DNA of 63,856 nt, the filler included, from Octopus bimaculoides (Eukaryota), in assembly GCF_001194135.2 (NCBI RefSeq). It is 7 parts of 7 records of this genome, joined end to end, with 100 filler letters (N's around TTAATTAATTAA, not from the genome) between each part and the next. Parts side by side here need not be neighbours in the genome. Positions count along the whole stretch, not along the records: positions 31,334 to 49,878 come from NC_068983.1; 6 more parts are not named here. The stretch is one strand, 5' to 3'. Under the pieces are notes generated by a model. It ran no database searches. It was given only the letters and a program-made list of their open reading frames with translations, and was not told where the DNA came from. Position 1 is the first letter of the stretch, and every line of letters begins with the position of its first letter. The position numbers were made by a program, and so were the translations under genes. Positions 36,283-47,256 of the stretch are shown here, one piece after another.

Positions 36283-37949
36283 TGTGTGTGTGTGGGGGGG
36301 GCTGTGGGTGCTTGTGTGTGTGCATGTGTGCATGCGTGTATATATGTATATATTGAGCTTCTATTATCTCGTTAATCACTATTTCAAGTAATTCTTCCCT
36401 ACGATGTCCCCATTTCACTTATTCTCAACTAATTTTTCTCCTAAGTTGAGCTATCAAGCTACTTTTAATTATTACGTGAACTCTAACGAAGAGTTTCTCA
36501 GGTATGCAAACTTTCTTCACAAGCTCATCACGTCATCGATTTCTCAGAGGACTTCAGTGTACTGCTGAAAAATCTTGTAGATTGCTATTTTCTCTCCTCT
36601 TTTATGGTAGTTACTCAATATAGCTGTTGATTTCTAGTATATATTGTCAGTATTATCCAGCTTTTATAAATTCATGTCTCAGATTATTTCAGGCGCCTAA
36701 TTAAGTATTTTAAATCAAGCATCTCATATGTTCCTACTAATATTGATACAGGAATACATTATGGCTGATTGATTTATTTACAATGTAAGCCTTTAGATTT
36801 TCCTTCCTCCTCACAGCGAGCAAATTTATTGATGTTAATAATAATTTTGAATATTATTCATCCCTATTTATTTCTTTTTGTAAACATTTTTATTTTCTTT
36901 CTGTTTTTTCTTTCTTTTTCTTTCTTTCTTTTTTTTTTTTTTCTCAACACACTCTTAATGTATTTCACACTGATTCTGAATTCCTTCACACGTTTTACTC
37001 TCTTTCGCAACATCTTTGGTATTCTGTCCATGTATAATAAGTTTAACGCTGTGATTTCCTCATCCCACATGCCAGCAGAGAATTGTACAAAATGTTAAAT
37101 GTTTGGTCTGAAGCTACTTAACTGCTTAGTAACATTCGTTTTGCGGTAGATAGCACATTAATCTTGAATAAACAAGTTGTTCCTGGACTTATTTTCTTAC
37201 TCTAGCAGTTATTTCCTCTATATTTATTCAATCCAATCACTTTTTTGTTTATTTGTAATATCCTAACTCTTTCCAGTTTAAAATTTATAGTTATTATAAA
37301 TTCTTTCGTTATTTCAATATTTTTACTTGCTCCTCTACGTCTATATTTTTACGTTTTATTTTATTTGTTGTCCATGCAATCAGCTGTTAATTGAAGGTGT
37401 GAATAAAACAATTTCCGAACCTAAATGCTAATGTCTCACACTTATTTACAGAAATATTTCCTGATTAGATATTACCTTGAAGGAGAAGAGTAAAACAGGT
37501 CTACTATTGGAATATGAAACACGTTTGAATTGCTTACCAGGCAAATGTGTTACCGATTATATTACAGAGCATCTGTCAAACCCTATATCTCAAATTATGC
37601 AATGGAATCGTCTATGTTTTTCTTCTCGCTTTTAATTTTAATTATTTACACGGGTGTTTAATATGTGATCGACACCGGGTTTGCATACATCAATTGTCCA
37701 TCATGGTCTGGTTTTTCTTTCTCTCTCTGATAATTGCTAAATTAGTGTCTAATAATATCTCATGTTGAAAATTTTAGCAATTAATGAATTCAAAATCCAA
37801 TACATGGGTTATTTCTTGTTGTAAAAATCTAACTGAGCTGAGATACCTTTAAATGTTAAACATTAATATGTATGTGCAATCGTACCCAGTGGACATTCAG
37901 TTATGGCAAAGTTAACTTATTTCTTTGAAGAATGAAAAACATTTCGAAC

Positions 37950-37998
37950 GGCTTTAATCGATTCGATTTTCGACTCATATTGAGGTCTCATCGGAGGT
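37950..37998 (-). ncRNA. Type I hammerhead-like motif, copy 1 of a pair
   Basis: Reverse: ACCT-CCGATGA-GACCTC-aatat-GAGTC-GAAA-atcg-AATCGATT-A-AAGC; U4C change and a short duplication in stem III. Confidence 0.5.
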
Positions 37999-38202
37999 AT
38001 TTACATCATTTGACCAGTCCTGGAGAAGCAATAAACAATTAGCTAATCTGTTTTATATACCTAACAAATCCAGCAACTTCAGAGAACTGGAACTACCAAA
38101 GTGCTTAACACTTTATTTGATCTCAGCGGCTTATCAACGGAGAGTCATACAAACACAGGAAATTTTAGCAATTTCTCTGTAGAGTGAAAAAAATGACTAA
38201 CA

Positions 38203-38245
38203 GCCTTAGTCGATTTTCGATCCTTATAAGAGCCTCATCAGAAGC
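38203..38245 (-). ncRNA. Type I hammerhead-like motif, copy 2 of a pair
   Basis: Reverse: GCTT-CTGATGA-GGCTCT-tata-AGGATC-GAAA-ATCGACT-A-AGGC; core boxes intact; stem I 4 bp. Confidence 0.55.
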
Positions 38246-38517
38246 GTTTACATTACGTGACAAATCCTAATTAGTGTTCAACCTGTCCTGCTACGCTAAG
38301 TCATTTTCTAAGTAATTTTCTCGCGTTCAATTAATAAATAAATAAATATATATACATACATATATATGCATATATATANNNNNNNNNNNNNNNNNNNNNN
38401 NNNNNNNNNNNNNNNNNNNNNNNNNNNNNNNNNNNNNNNNNNNNNNNNNNNNNNNNNNNNNNNNNNNNNNNNNNNNNNNNNNNNNNNNNNNNNNNNNNNN
38501 TATATATATATACATGC

Positions 38518-38975
38518 ATATATGGGTACAGGATGTCACCAACGTTTCAAATAACAGGAAAAACGTAAACGACGACAAAAAATAGGAAACAGGACAAGCT
38601 AACACAGAGAAAGGACCCCTCATCAGTTGTCGGCTGTCTATCTACTCCTCATTTCGAGCATTCAACAACAATATGAGTCTTCATAGACAGTTGCTCCCTT
38701 AAATTCTAAAACGAAAGTTAGGATTTATAGAAGGTCAAAATTGGGAGCTAAAGAAATAACATTGGAGACATACAAGGAAACCGAACGAAAACAAACATGC
38801 AGGGTCGATAGACCAGAACGAGAGGAAAATAATGAACGCGGGGAGAAACATTTTTGAAAAGAGAAAAGACAGAAGAGAGAGAGAAAAAAAGCGTCCGTTC
38901 TTTTGAACGTCCGTGCAGAAAAAGAAAGATGGTCAGGTGAGGAAAAGAAAGATGGACGATAGCCACGTGTGAGCA
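38518..38975 (-). mobile_element. Probable PLE terminal-repeat family, left arm of an inverted pair
   Basis: 38518-38796 is the reverse complement of 39081-39352 (clearly alignable, diverged); abuts (TA)n. Confidence 0.65.
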
Positions 38976-39080
38976 ATGAGAGAGAAGACCCTCTTACACC
39001 GTTTTCTATCTGTCTCTCTTTCTCTCTCTCCTCTTTCTATTTCTTTGTCTGTCTCTCTCTTTCTCCCTTTCTTTCTCTAC

Positions 39081-39352
39081 GTTTGTCTTCGGTTTCCTCT
39101 TATGTCTCCACTGTCATTTTTTCCCCCAACTTTGACCCTCCACAAATCCTAAGTTTTATTTTCGAATTTATGGGTGCAACTATCTTTGAAGACTCATTTT
39201 GTTGTTGAATGGTCGAAATGGGGAGTAGATAGACAGCCGACAACTGATGAAGGGCCCTTTCTCTATGTTAACTTGTCCTGTTTTCTATTTTTTCTCGTAG
39301 CTTATGTGTTTCATGTTATTTGCACCGTTGGTGACATCCTGCACCCATATAT
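39081..39352 (+). mobile_element. Same family, right arm of the inverted pair
   Basis: Ends ggtgacatcctgcacccatatat in a TA/TG tract. Confidence 0.65.
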
Positions 39353-39387
39353 GTATGTATATGTGTGTGTGTATGTGTGAGTGTGTG

Positions 39388-39530
39388 TAATAGGACTGTG
39401 TAGTTAAGAAGTTCGTATTTCAACCACGCGGTTTCGAGTTCAGTTTCACTGTGCGGCATTTTGAGCCAACCAACGTCTTGTAAATAAATTTAGTTGATGG
39501 AAACTGTTTGAAAGCCTGTTGTATGTATAC
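39388..39530 (+). mobile_element. SINE family A, diverged 5' half
   Basis: gactgtgtagttaagaag...gagttcagtttcactgtgcggc...ggaaactgtttgaaagcctgt. Confidence 0.7.
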
Positions 39531-39584
39531 ATATACATACATATGCCTATATATGTCTACATATACATATGCATGTATATATAA

Positions 39585-39674
<90 letters not shown>

Positions 39675-39680
<6 letters not shown>

Positions 39681-39841
39681 TAATTCTTACTTGGGGTGAT
39701 CTGCCTCAGTGCTTATTTTTTAAGCCTGGCACTTATTCCACAGGTCTTTGTTGCCGAACAACTGATTTACGGGGATGTAAACACAGCAACACCGGTTGTC
39801 AAGTGGGATGGGGGACAAGCAGAGTTATAGAGACACACGCG

Positions 39842-39883
<42 letters not shown>

Positions 39884-40003
39884 ACAGGCTTCTTTCAGTT
39901 TCCAGCAACTAAATCCACTCATAAGGTTTTGGGCGACCCGAGACTACAGTAAACGACACTTGCCAGACTTACCACGCAGCGGTTCTTACCACACAGCCAC
40001 TCC
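39675..40003 (-). mobile_element. SINE family A, with deletions
   Basis: Body, microsatellite and truncated head in reverse. Confidence 0.8.
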
Positions 40004-40011
40004 TAGTTTAT

Positions 40012-40215
40012 ACCTTTTATCTTTTACTTGTTTCACTTATTGGCCTGTAGCCATGCTGTGGTACTGACCTAAAGGATCAGTCGAATAAATCAACCCCTGT
40101 GCTTATAATTTTTAATGCTTGGTTCTTATTCTAGCCGACCCGCTAAGTAACAAGATTTTAAACAAAAGAACTCTGGCTGTTTAGCAGTGGTGGGAATACA
40201 AACACAAACATATAG
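40012..40215 (-). mobile_element. SINE family A-related 3' half, diverged
   Basis: ttttacttgtttca...gccatgct...cgctaagtaac...acaaacaca. Confidence 0.65.
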
Positions 40216-40269
40216 ACACGCGCGTGCACACCCACACTCACACACCCACACACGCATGGTGTTATTGAA

Positions 40270-40736
40270 CTCGTGTCTTGTCCTATATAAACGGGAGAGG
40301 ACGATGCAAGCTTTGCATAGTAGAGCGGGCAAGACTCCTTAAAAACTCGCTGGGGTCGGGATCGCTCTTAAACTCAAGACACGAGATTTACAGTCCTTGC
40401 TCCCATTTCAAACGCTACCTACTGCAGGCTTGGGATGCCCCGCTCGTCGGTTAGGACTGTAAAATGTACTTGTAGAACGGTACCAACCTAGGGTGGAGTT
40501 TCTCTGTTCAGCCTTTAGGTCCATAAGATCTACCAACCGGACCGGTCTAAAAGAGATAACTCGTCCCGTATAAGACTCAGACAGGGTATATTACTCGTTT
40601 GTTTACAAATCAGCTAACTGTAACGGTTTTCTACCTCCAGTCTGAAGTGAGGTTATATGCCTGAGCTCATTGGAGTCTGACGAGTCGTCTATAAAGCTAA
40701 ACGCTTTATGGATGGAAAACTATTGGTCTCTCTATG
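40270..40736 (+). ncRNA. Highly base-paired ~470-nt unit ending in a hammerhead-like motif (candidate retrozyme or PLE repeat)
   Basis: Two perfect 11-bp helices, at least six nested hairpins, then CTGACGA at 40677, 12-bp stem II, GAAAAC, GTC at 40726 and a stem I partner. Confidence 0.5.
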
Positions 40737-40841
40737 ACCGACATATATTTAACTTCGTCTAAATATATTACTACTCCAACTTTTAGAACGTGCTTCTTTT
40801 TTGGATATATGATTCACTGACAATCCTCTCTCATTCTCTCT

Positions 40842-40879
<38 letters not shown>

Positions 40880-41431
40880 NNNNNNNNNNNNNNNNNNNNN
40901 NNNNNNNNNNNNNNNNNNNNNNNNNNNNNNNNNNNNNNNNNNNNNNNNNNNNNNNNNNNNNNNNNNNNNNNNNNNNNNNNNNNNNNNNNNNNNNNNNNNN
41001 NNNNNNNNNNNNNNNNNNNNNNNNNNNNNNNNNNNNNNNNNNNNNNNNNNNNNNNNNNNNNNNNNNNNNNNNNNNNNNNNNNNNNNNNNNNNNNNNNNNN
41101 NNNNNNNNNNNNNNNNNNNNNNNNNNNNNNNNNNNNNNNNNNNNNNNNNNNNNNNNNNNNNNNNNNNNNNNNNNNNNNNNNNNNNNNNNNNNNNNNNNNN
41201 NNNNNNNNNNNNNNNNNNNNNNNNNNNNNNNNNNNNNNNNNNNNNNNNNNNNNNNNNNNNNNNNNNNNNNNNNNNNNNNNNNNNNNNNNNNNNNNNNNNN
41301 NNNNNNNNNNNNNNNNNNNNNNNNNNNNNNNNNNNNNNNNNNNNNNNNNNNNNNNNNNNNNNNNNNNNNNNNNNNNNNNNNNNNNNNNNNNNNNNNNNNN
41401 NNNNNNNNNNNNNATATAATGAGATATATAT

Positions 41432-41637
41432 ATATATATATTTCGGCAGTCGCCATGATAGATCGCTGACCACGACATTTAAATTTTTTTCTCCTTGTTT
41501 TTCTGCATATTTCTTTCTGTTGAAGAGCGTAGCTCGAAACGTTAAAGACTTTCTCTATTCCCGAGCGTTAAACTAATACATCCTTTTGTTGTTTACACCA
41601 CCTGTCCTCGTCTGTTGTGTTTTTTCGTAAATTCTCT
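41432..41637 (+). mobile_element. PLE-type terminal repeat between (TA)n tracts
   Basis: Contains a minimal HHR-like motif; T-rich tail ending in (TA)n. Confidence 0.55.
41512..41548 (+). ncRNA. Minimal type I hammerhead motif
   Basis: TCTTT-CTGTTGA-A-GAGC-gta-GCTC-GAAAC-GTT-AAAGA; stem I 5/5, stem II 4/4, ACGT palindrome; single core change A6U. Confidence 0.65.
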
Positions 41638-42050
41638 CATATATATATATATACATACATATACATTTTATACATTTATACACACATACACACATTTATT
41701 TATTTATACATACATACGTGTATATATAAAATCTTCAGGTTTCAGGAGAATCAGGTACTTAATAGCAAAGCACCAAGGTCAGGTCGGTGAAAGCGCTATC
41801 GTGAATAAACAGCGTAGATGAACAAATGTGTACTCACTAAAGTAAAAACGGATTTGTACTGCGGTTGCGCATACATTTACAAATGGCAGGCTGAAAACAG
41901 AACGAGTTGTCAAAGTTACACATGGATGCACTCACTGCACCTATTGCGCCGTACTCTATAGACCCTAGATCCAAACAAATTGCAGGTTCCGAGTTAAGTG
42001 AAGGATAAACAAATAACAACAGATGAATTGTGTGTGTATGTTGTAAGTGT

Positions 42051-42086
<36 letters not shown>

Positions 42087-42094
42087 GTGTGTGT

Positions 42095-42478
42095 ATTCTT
42101 TTATTCTTTTATTTGTTTCAGCTATGTGACTGCGGCCATGCTGGAGCACCGCCTTTAGTGGAACAAATCGAACTCTTTTGCCAAACCGTTAGGTCACGGG
42201 AACGTAAACACACCAACACCGGTTATCAAGTGTTGGTGGGGGGGGGGGGGGGGACAAATACAGACACACAAATACAGACAAAAACACACACACACACATA
42301 CATATATATATACGACGGGCTTCTTTTAGTTTCCGTCTACCAAATCCACTCACAAGTGTTTTCTACTACAGCCCGAGGCTATAGTAGAAAACACTTACCC
42401 AAGGTGCCACGCAGTGGGACTGAACCCGGAACCATGTGGTTGGTAAGCAAGCTGCTTACCATACAGCCACGCCTGCGC
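42095..42478 (-). mobile_element. SINE family A, two internal deletions
   Basis: Tail, body and head in reverse. Confidence 0.9.
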
Positions 42479-42501
42479 ATATATATACGTATGTATTTAC
42501 C

Positions 42502-42715
42502 TGACTTGGTGTTTGTGCCCAACTCCTTTACCATTTGATAACCGGTGTTGGCTTGCTTAAATCCCTGTAACTTAGCGGTTCCAGAAATCAATAAAATAAG
42601 TACCAAACTTAAATATAAGTACTAGGGGAGGGGATTTATTCGACTAATCCTTTTGAGGCTTTGCCCCAGCATTGGCGTACCCCAATGACTGACACAAGTA
42701 AAAGGTAAAAGATAA
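42502..42715 (+). mobile_element. SINE family A, diverged 3' half
   Basis: gataaccggtgttgg...taacttagcggttcc...ccccagcattggc...gactgacacaagtaaaag. Confidence 0.75.
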
Positions 42716-42822
42716 GCAGATAATATATATACTTACATACACACACACTCTCTCCCTCTCTCTCGCGCGCACACACACACATATATCCATAATATTAATT
42801 ATCTATTTGTAGGATTCATATA

Positions 42823-42856
<34 letters not shown>

Positions 42857-42865
42857 TACATATAT

Positions 42866-42964
<99 letters not shown>

Positions 42965-42999
42965 GCATACACTCGGCTGTATGTATGTATGTATGCATG

Positions 43000-43031
<32 letters not shown>

Positions 43032-44654
43032 ATGTAAATATGGTCATTAAATTATAGCGAAGCAGTGTAAAGTTACTTAAACTTAAATTGAGATGTATTT
43101 CTTTTCCATAAACTTATGCTGTAAACTCTGACATATTAAAATATAATTATCATTAATATCTTCAAAATGTTCATCAGCCACATCCTGCCTTCCAACTATC
43201 AGTGTGTTTATCAGTTTATATGTGTGAGTGTGTGAATACAAATGTGTGTGTGCGTGTGTGTGTTTGTGTTCTATGTAGCTATATACGCTCTCGTTTATAA
43301 GTGTGCGCGTGTGGGGGTGTACACATATGTATAAACTAGATTACTAAACTGTTCAGTAATTTCTTGGCCGGATTGTTAAAAAAAGATTACCTCTTAGAAT
43401 AATCCGAAAAACTTTCAATGAATTTTTATATTTTTTTTATTACATTTATTTTTAATCTCTGCCTAATGCCTAGACTGGTCGCCATTGTTATTGTTGAATG
43501 ATATGCCGCTTGAAGTATATACTTACATCGCATTAACATGTTTTGGGTTATTTCCAACATTATCCGCCGGGCTGGCCCCTCTCCGTGGGCGAAGAGAAAG
43601 CGACGGGTCCGTAGCCGGTTTCCTCCTAACGCCCTGATATTAGGCGCCAGTCTGTATCGTCTGCCCCACTGAAATCGAATCTAGACGGCGCGAAAAATTA
43701 TTGAACAAAATACTTGAAAAGCTTCCAAATCATTTTCACCAGCACATTTGCCAGTGTAAAGCAAACATTCTAACAAATTTTAGGTTGGCCGGCGTCTGTT
43801 TTATAATCAGGCATTCTCCTTCCATCTGCTTAGACACCGGGCCTCCATTTGACTTGTACACTTAACACACGGCCAATTCACTGTCTCTAGTCTATTCATT
43901 CTTTTAGTCATAGCATTGCTCATTACCTCCACCATCTCGTCTCGCCTTCTTTCTTTTTTCCCAACCTCTCCGTATATCAATCCATCTCTCTTTCTCTCTA
44001 GTTTACTTATTTTACAATCTATCTCATTCGCTTGTCTACATTCTTACTATCATTATCTACATTCTCTGCTTTTATTTATTCTTATTCTTATTTTTATTTT
44101 TATTTATATCCTGGTGTATATTCGTCATTGTCTATTTTCTTATTATTTTCCTATATGTTTAGCTTTCTCTGAATCACTTTCATTGACTGCATTATATAGT
44201 TTCATTCAGTTGTTGACTTGTTAAATTTTGTCTAAACATTTTCCTTTCAATTCCAATCAAAGTTGTTCATTTTCTTCTTGATGTCATTTACATTATTAAC
44301 TTCTTGCAACTTTTTAAAACATATTTTTTAAATTTTCATTTCTAAGTTGGCTGGCAAATTTGGATAATATTGAAACTAATTCCTTGAGACGGTGGGTAGC
44401 CGGATAACCAAAAATGTGTATAAGACTTTCAAACTGTTTTAAACTGGAAGATGGAGGTACATTTAGTGAGGCTGATATACTTACGTGTGCGTGCATACGC
44501 ATGTGTGTGCGAATGTGCGTGCATGTATTTGTGTATAATATACGTGTGTGCAAATATGTGTGTGTGTGCAAAATAAAGGAAAATGCATCTCTTAAGAATA
44601 AATCTTTTAAATAATTTTCCAGTCTTTTTCAACTTATACGAATCATGTAGCTGT

Positions 44655-45295
44655 ACGTGGGCGCTTATTATCGGGCAACAATAACACTTGCTATGATAAC
44701 AGACTCGGCGTTTAGTGGGAATTACTGGTTTCAGTTTATTGGTCAGCATTTCACTGTAGCCTACACTGGTGACTGTAGACCCCTTTTCCAAGTAATGTTC
44801 CAGTATAGGCCTTTGTGCATCCCAGAAAACGGTTTGCACCACTTTTTCCCTGGAAGTTTGAATCTTGAATTTCTTTTTCGTTGACAATCCCGGATGCTTC
44901 AGTTACACACTCTGCCTTTTGGGTTCTGGATCAAAGTCAAGGACGCAGGTCTCATCTCATGTGACTATTCTCTCCTATAAAGCTTAGCTTTTACCGTTGC
45001 AGCAATCAAATAAACGTTGACAGACCTCCAGACGATTGCACTTATGCTCTTCAGTAACCTCTCATGGCACCCATCTCGCACAGGCTTTACGAAAGCAAAG
45101 TTTGTCGTGGATGATATCGTATGCAAAAAACATTGCCACTTCATCGATGACTACTCGTCACTTCACCAGAACCATCTCTCACACTTGTTAATTCTTCACG
45201 CTAGTGGTGGAGGTTAATGGGCGTCCTGCTCCCTCTTCATGCATCACGCTCGTCCAATCATTTTTTAAATTTCACGATTCACACATACACACTAC
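44655..45295 (-). mobile_element. Mariner transposase remnant
   Basis: Reverse translation IIHDKLCFRKACARWVP*EVTEEHK...RIVT*DET...KRQS...KKKFKIQTSREKVVQTVFWDAQRPILEHYLEKGSTVTS; no TIR identified. Confidence 0.9.
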
Positions 45296-46904
45296 ATCTA
45301 CACGGTAGATAGCTGTCACGTAGTATACCGAAAGCCTGTGATGAATTTCAGACCTTGACACGTTTTCAGACCAGAGAAATCGGGTCACTGATCTCTGTTC
45401 TTCCTTGTTCCACACTGCTAGCGGACCGGAGTGATCAAGATCAACCATCGGCTACGTAATCCTTCGTCAGCGCACGACAATCACCGATCTTCGATGCGAA
45501 GGGGTCCCAATGCAAATATATATATCGCTAACTACTTGATAAATTCTTATAAAGATTTTATCCTATATTTAGATTATATATATATATACATCCATCCATC
45601 CATCCATACATACATACATACATACATACATACATACATACATACATACATGTGTGTGTGAGAGAAAGATAGAGACAGAGAGAGGAAGAAAGAGAGTGCT
45701 AATATGTATTCATCCTTGTTTCTCAATCCTCCATATAATTATATTTTCATGTATACAAATAGAGTTATATGCATACACACACATGTAAACATGAATGCAC
45801 ATATACGAATGCATGCACACAGGCTAACAAACGGTATGCAATGAAATATCTAAACAACGCAAGTCAGAATTTATTAGGTATTGTTTCCTGAATTGCTGAT
45901 TATTTGATGTTATTTCATATAATGAATTTCAGTGTTTCTGTATTTAAGTCAACTTCCTTTGTACAAACCAGCTGTAATTACAATATCGCACCGGATGACC
46001 TTTTGAAGTATTTTGTGTGAGTGTGAGGAAAGTTATGCCGCTTAGCATTGAATAAGTCTTACAGATTATAATATAACTTAACGGTTGAGATAACTGGCAT
46101 AAGGACGTGACACAAGCAAAGAAATGTGGAAAGTGATCAGCATGAACTTGAAAGACAGACGCTGATATGAATTAATAACTAATGACAACGGGGCCTAATA
46201 CTTCAAAAGTAAAAATCTTGGGTCACTTAGGATTTAGTACATTACATAAGTATTTCAGATAATTTTTCTTTCTATAAGATTTTGTGAATGACAAAACGCG
46301 TTTCCAGGTCAGGATTCTTTTGTAGAAAGCTCTTGTGTCATGATAACTTTTTCCTTTTCCTGCTATTTCGAACTGACTTTCTAGACGAGGAGCCAATTTT
46401 CCCCCCCTCTTTGTCCCATTTTCATTCACTAAATTTTCTCTCTCCTTCTCTCTGTCTTCTTTCAGCTTTTTTGCATTGACACCAATCTTTTACCTTCATT
46501 TTCCTTTCTCCGCTTTCTACCAATCCCCACATTTCTTTCGAGTTCAACTGACTTTGTTCCTTCTATCAACTCATAGACGATACATGCATCAGGGTATATG
46601 TTTGTGTGTTTATGCATATAGATATACATGTGTGTGTGTGTGTGCGTGTCTGTATGTACGTTATGTATGTATGTATGTATGTATGTATGTATGTATATAT
46701 ATATATCATCATTNNNNNNNNNNNNNNNNNNNNNNNNNNNNNNNNNNNNNNNNNNNNNNNNNNNNNNNNNNNNNNNNNNNNNNNNNNNNNNNNNNNNNNN
46801 NNNNNNNNNNNNNNNNNNNNNNNNNNNNNNNNNNNNNNNNNNNNNNNNNNNNNNNNNNNTAAGATACTTAAATCAAAATTTCTTTACACATCATTCAGGA
46901 ACAG

Positions 46905-46939
<35 letters not shown>

Positions 46940-46966
46940 TATATAAATAATTGTTAAAGACGACAC

Positions 46967-47256
46967 CAAACATTAAGGCAAGCAAACATCTCAAGTCGTA
47001 TACAATATTATTATAGGAATTCTTTCTTTCCATCTCCTTATTCTTTTACTCCCTTCCTCTATGTCATCATCTCATTAATATATACCATTCACATTAATAT
47101 ATACCGTTCTCATTTTCCATATGTTTGCCCCTATTTGTCTCTAATGACGGGATATTCCATACTCGGAGATATCCCAGAAACAGCTGTAAGATTTTGAATC
47201 TCTTCCTATAGTAATATTGTATATGACTTGAGATGTTTGCTTTGCCTTAATGTTTG
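46967..47256. repeat. 53/54-bp inverted repeat with ~183-bp spacer
   Basis: 46967-47019 vs reverse complement of 47203-47256: one indel, three substitutions. Confidence 0.85.

Noticed and set aside
39170-39255. Hammerhead in the 24262/38518/39081 repeat family
   Set aside because: A stem II-like helix, GAAA, AUA and CTGTC/GACAG pairing are present, but the CUGANGA box is too short or wrong in all three copies, and the downstream CTGATGA has no GAAA partner.
45440-45475. Reverse-strand CTGACGA-A-GGATTAC-GTAGCC
   Set aside because: Followed by GATG instead of GAAA, with no stem I or III.
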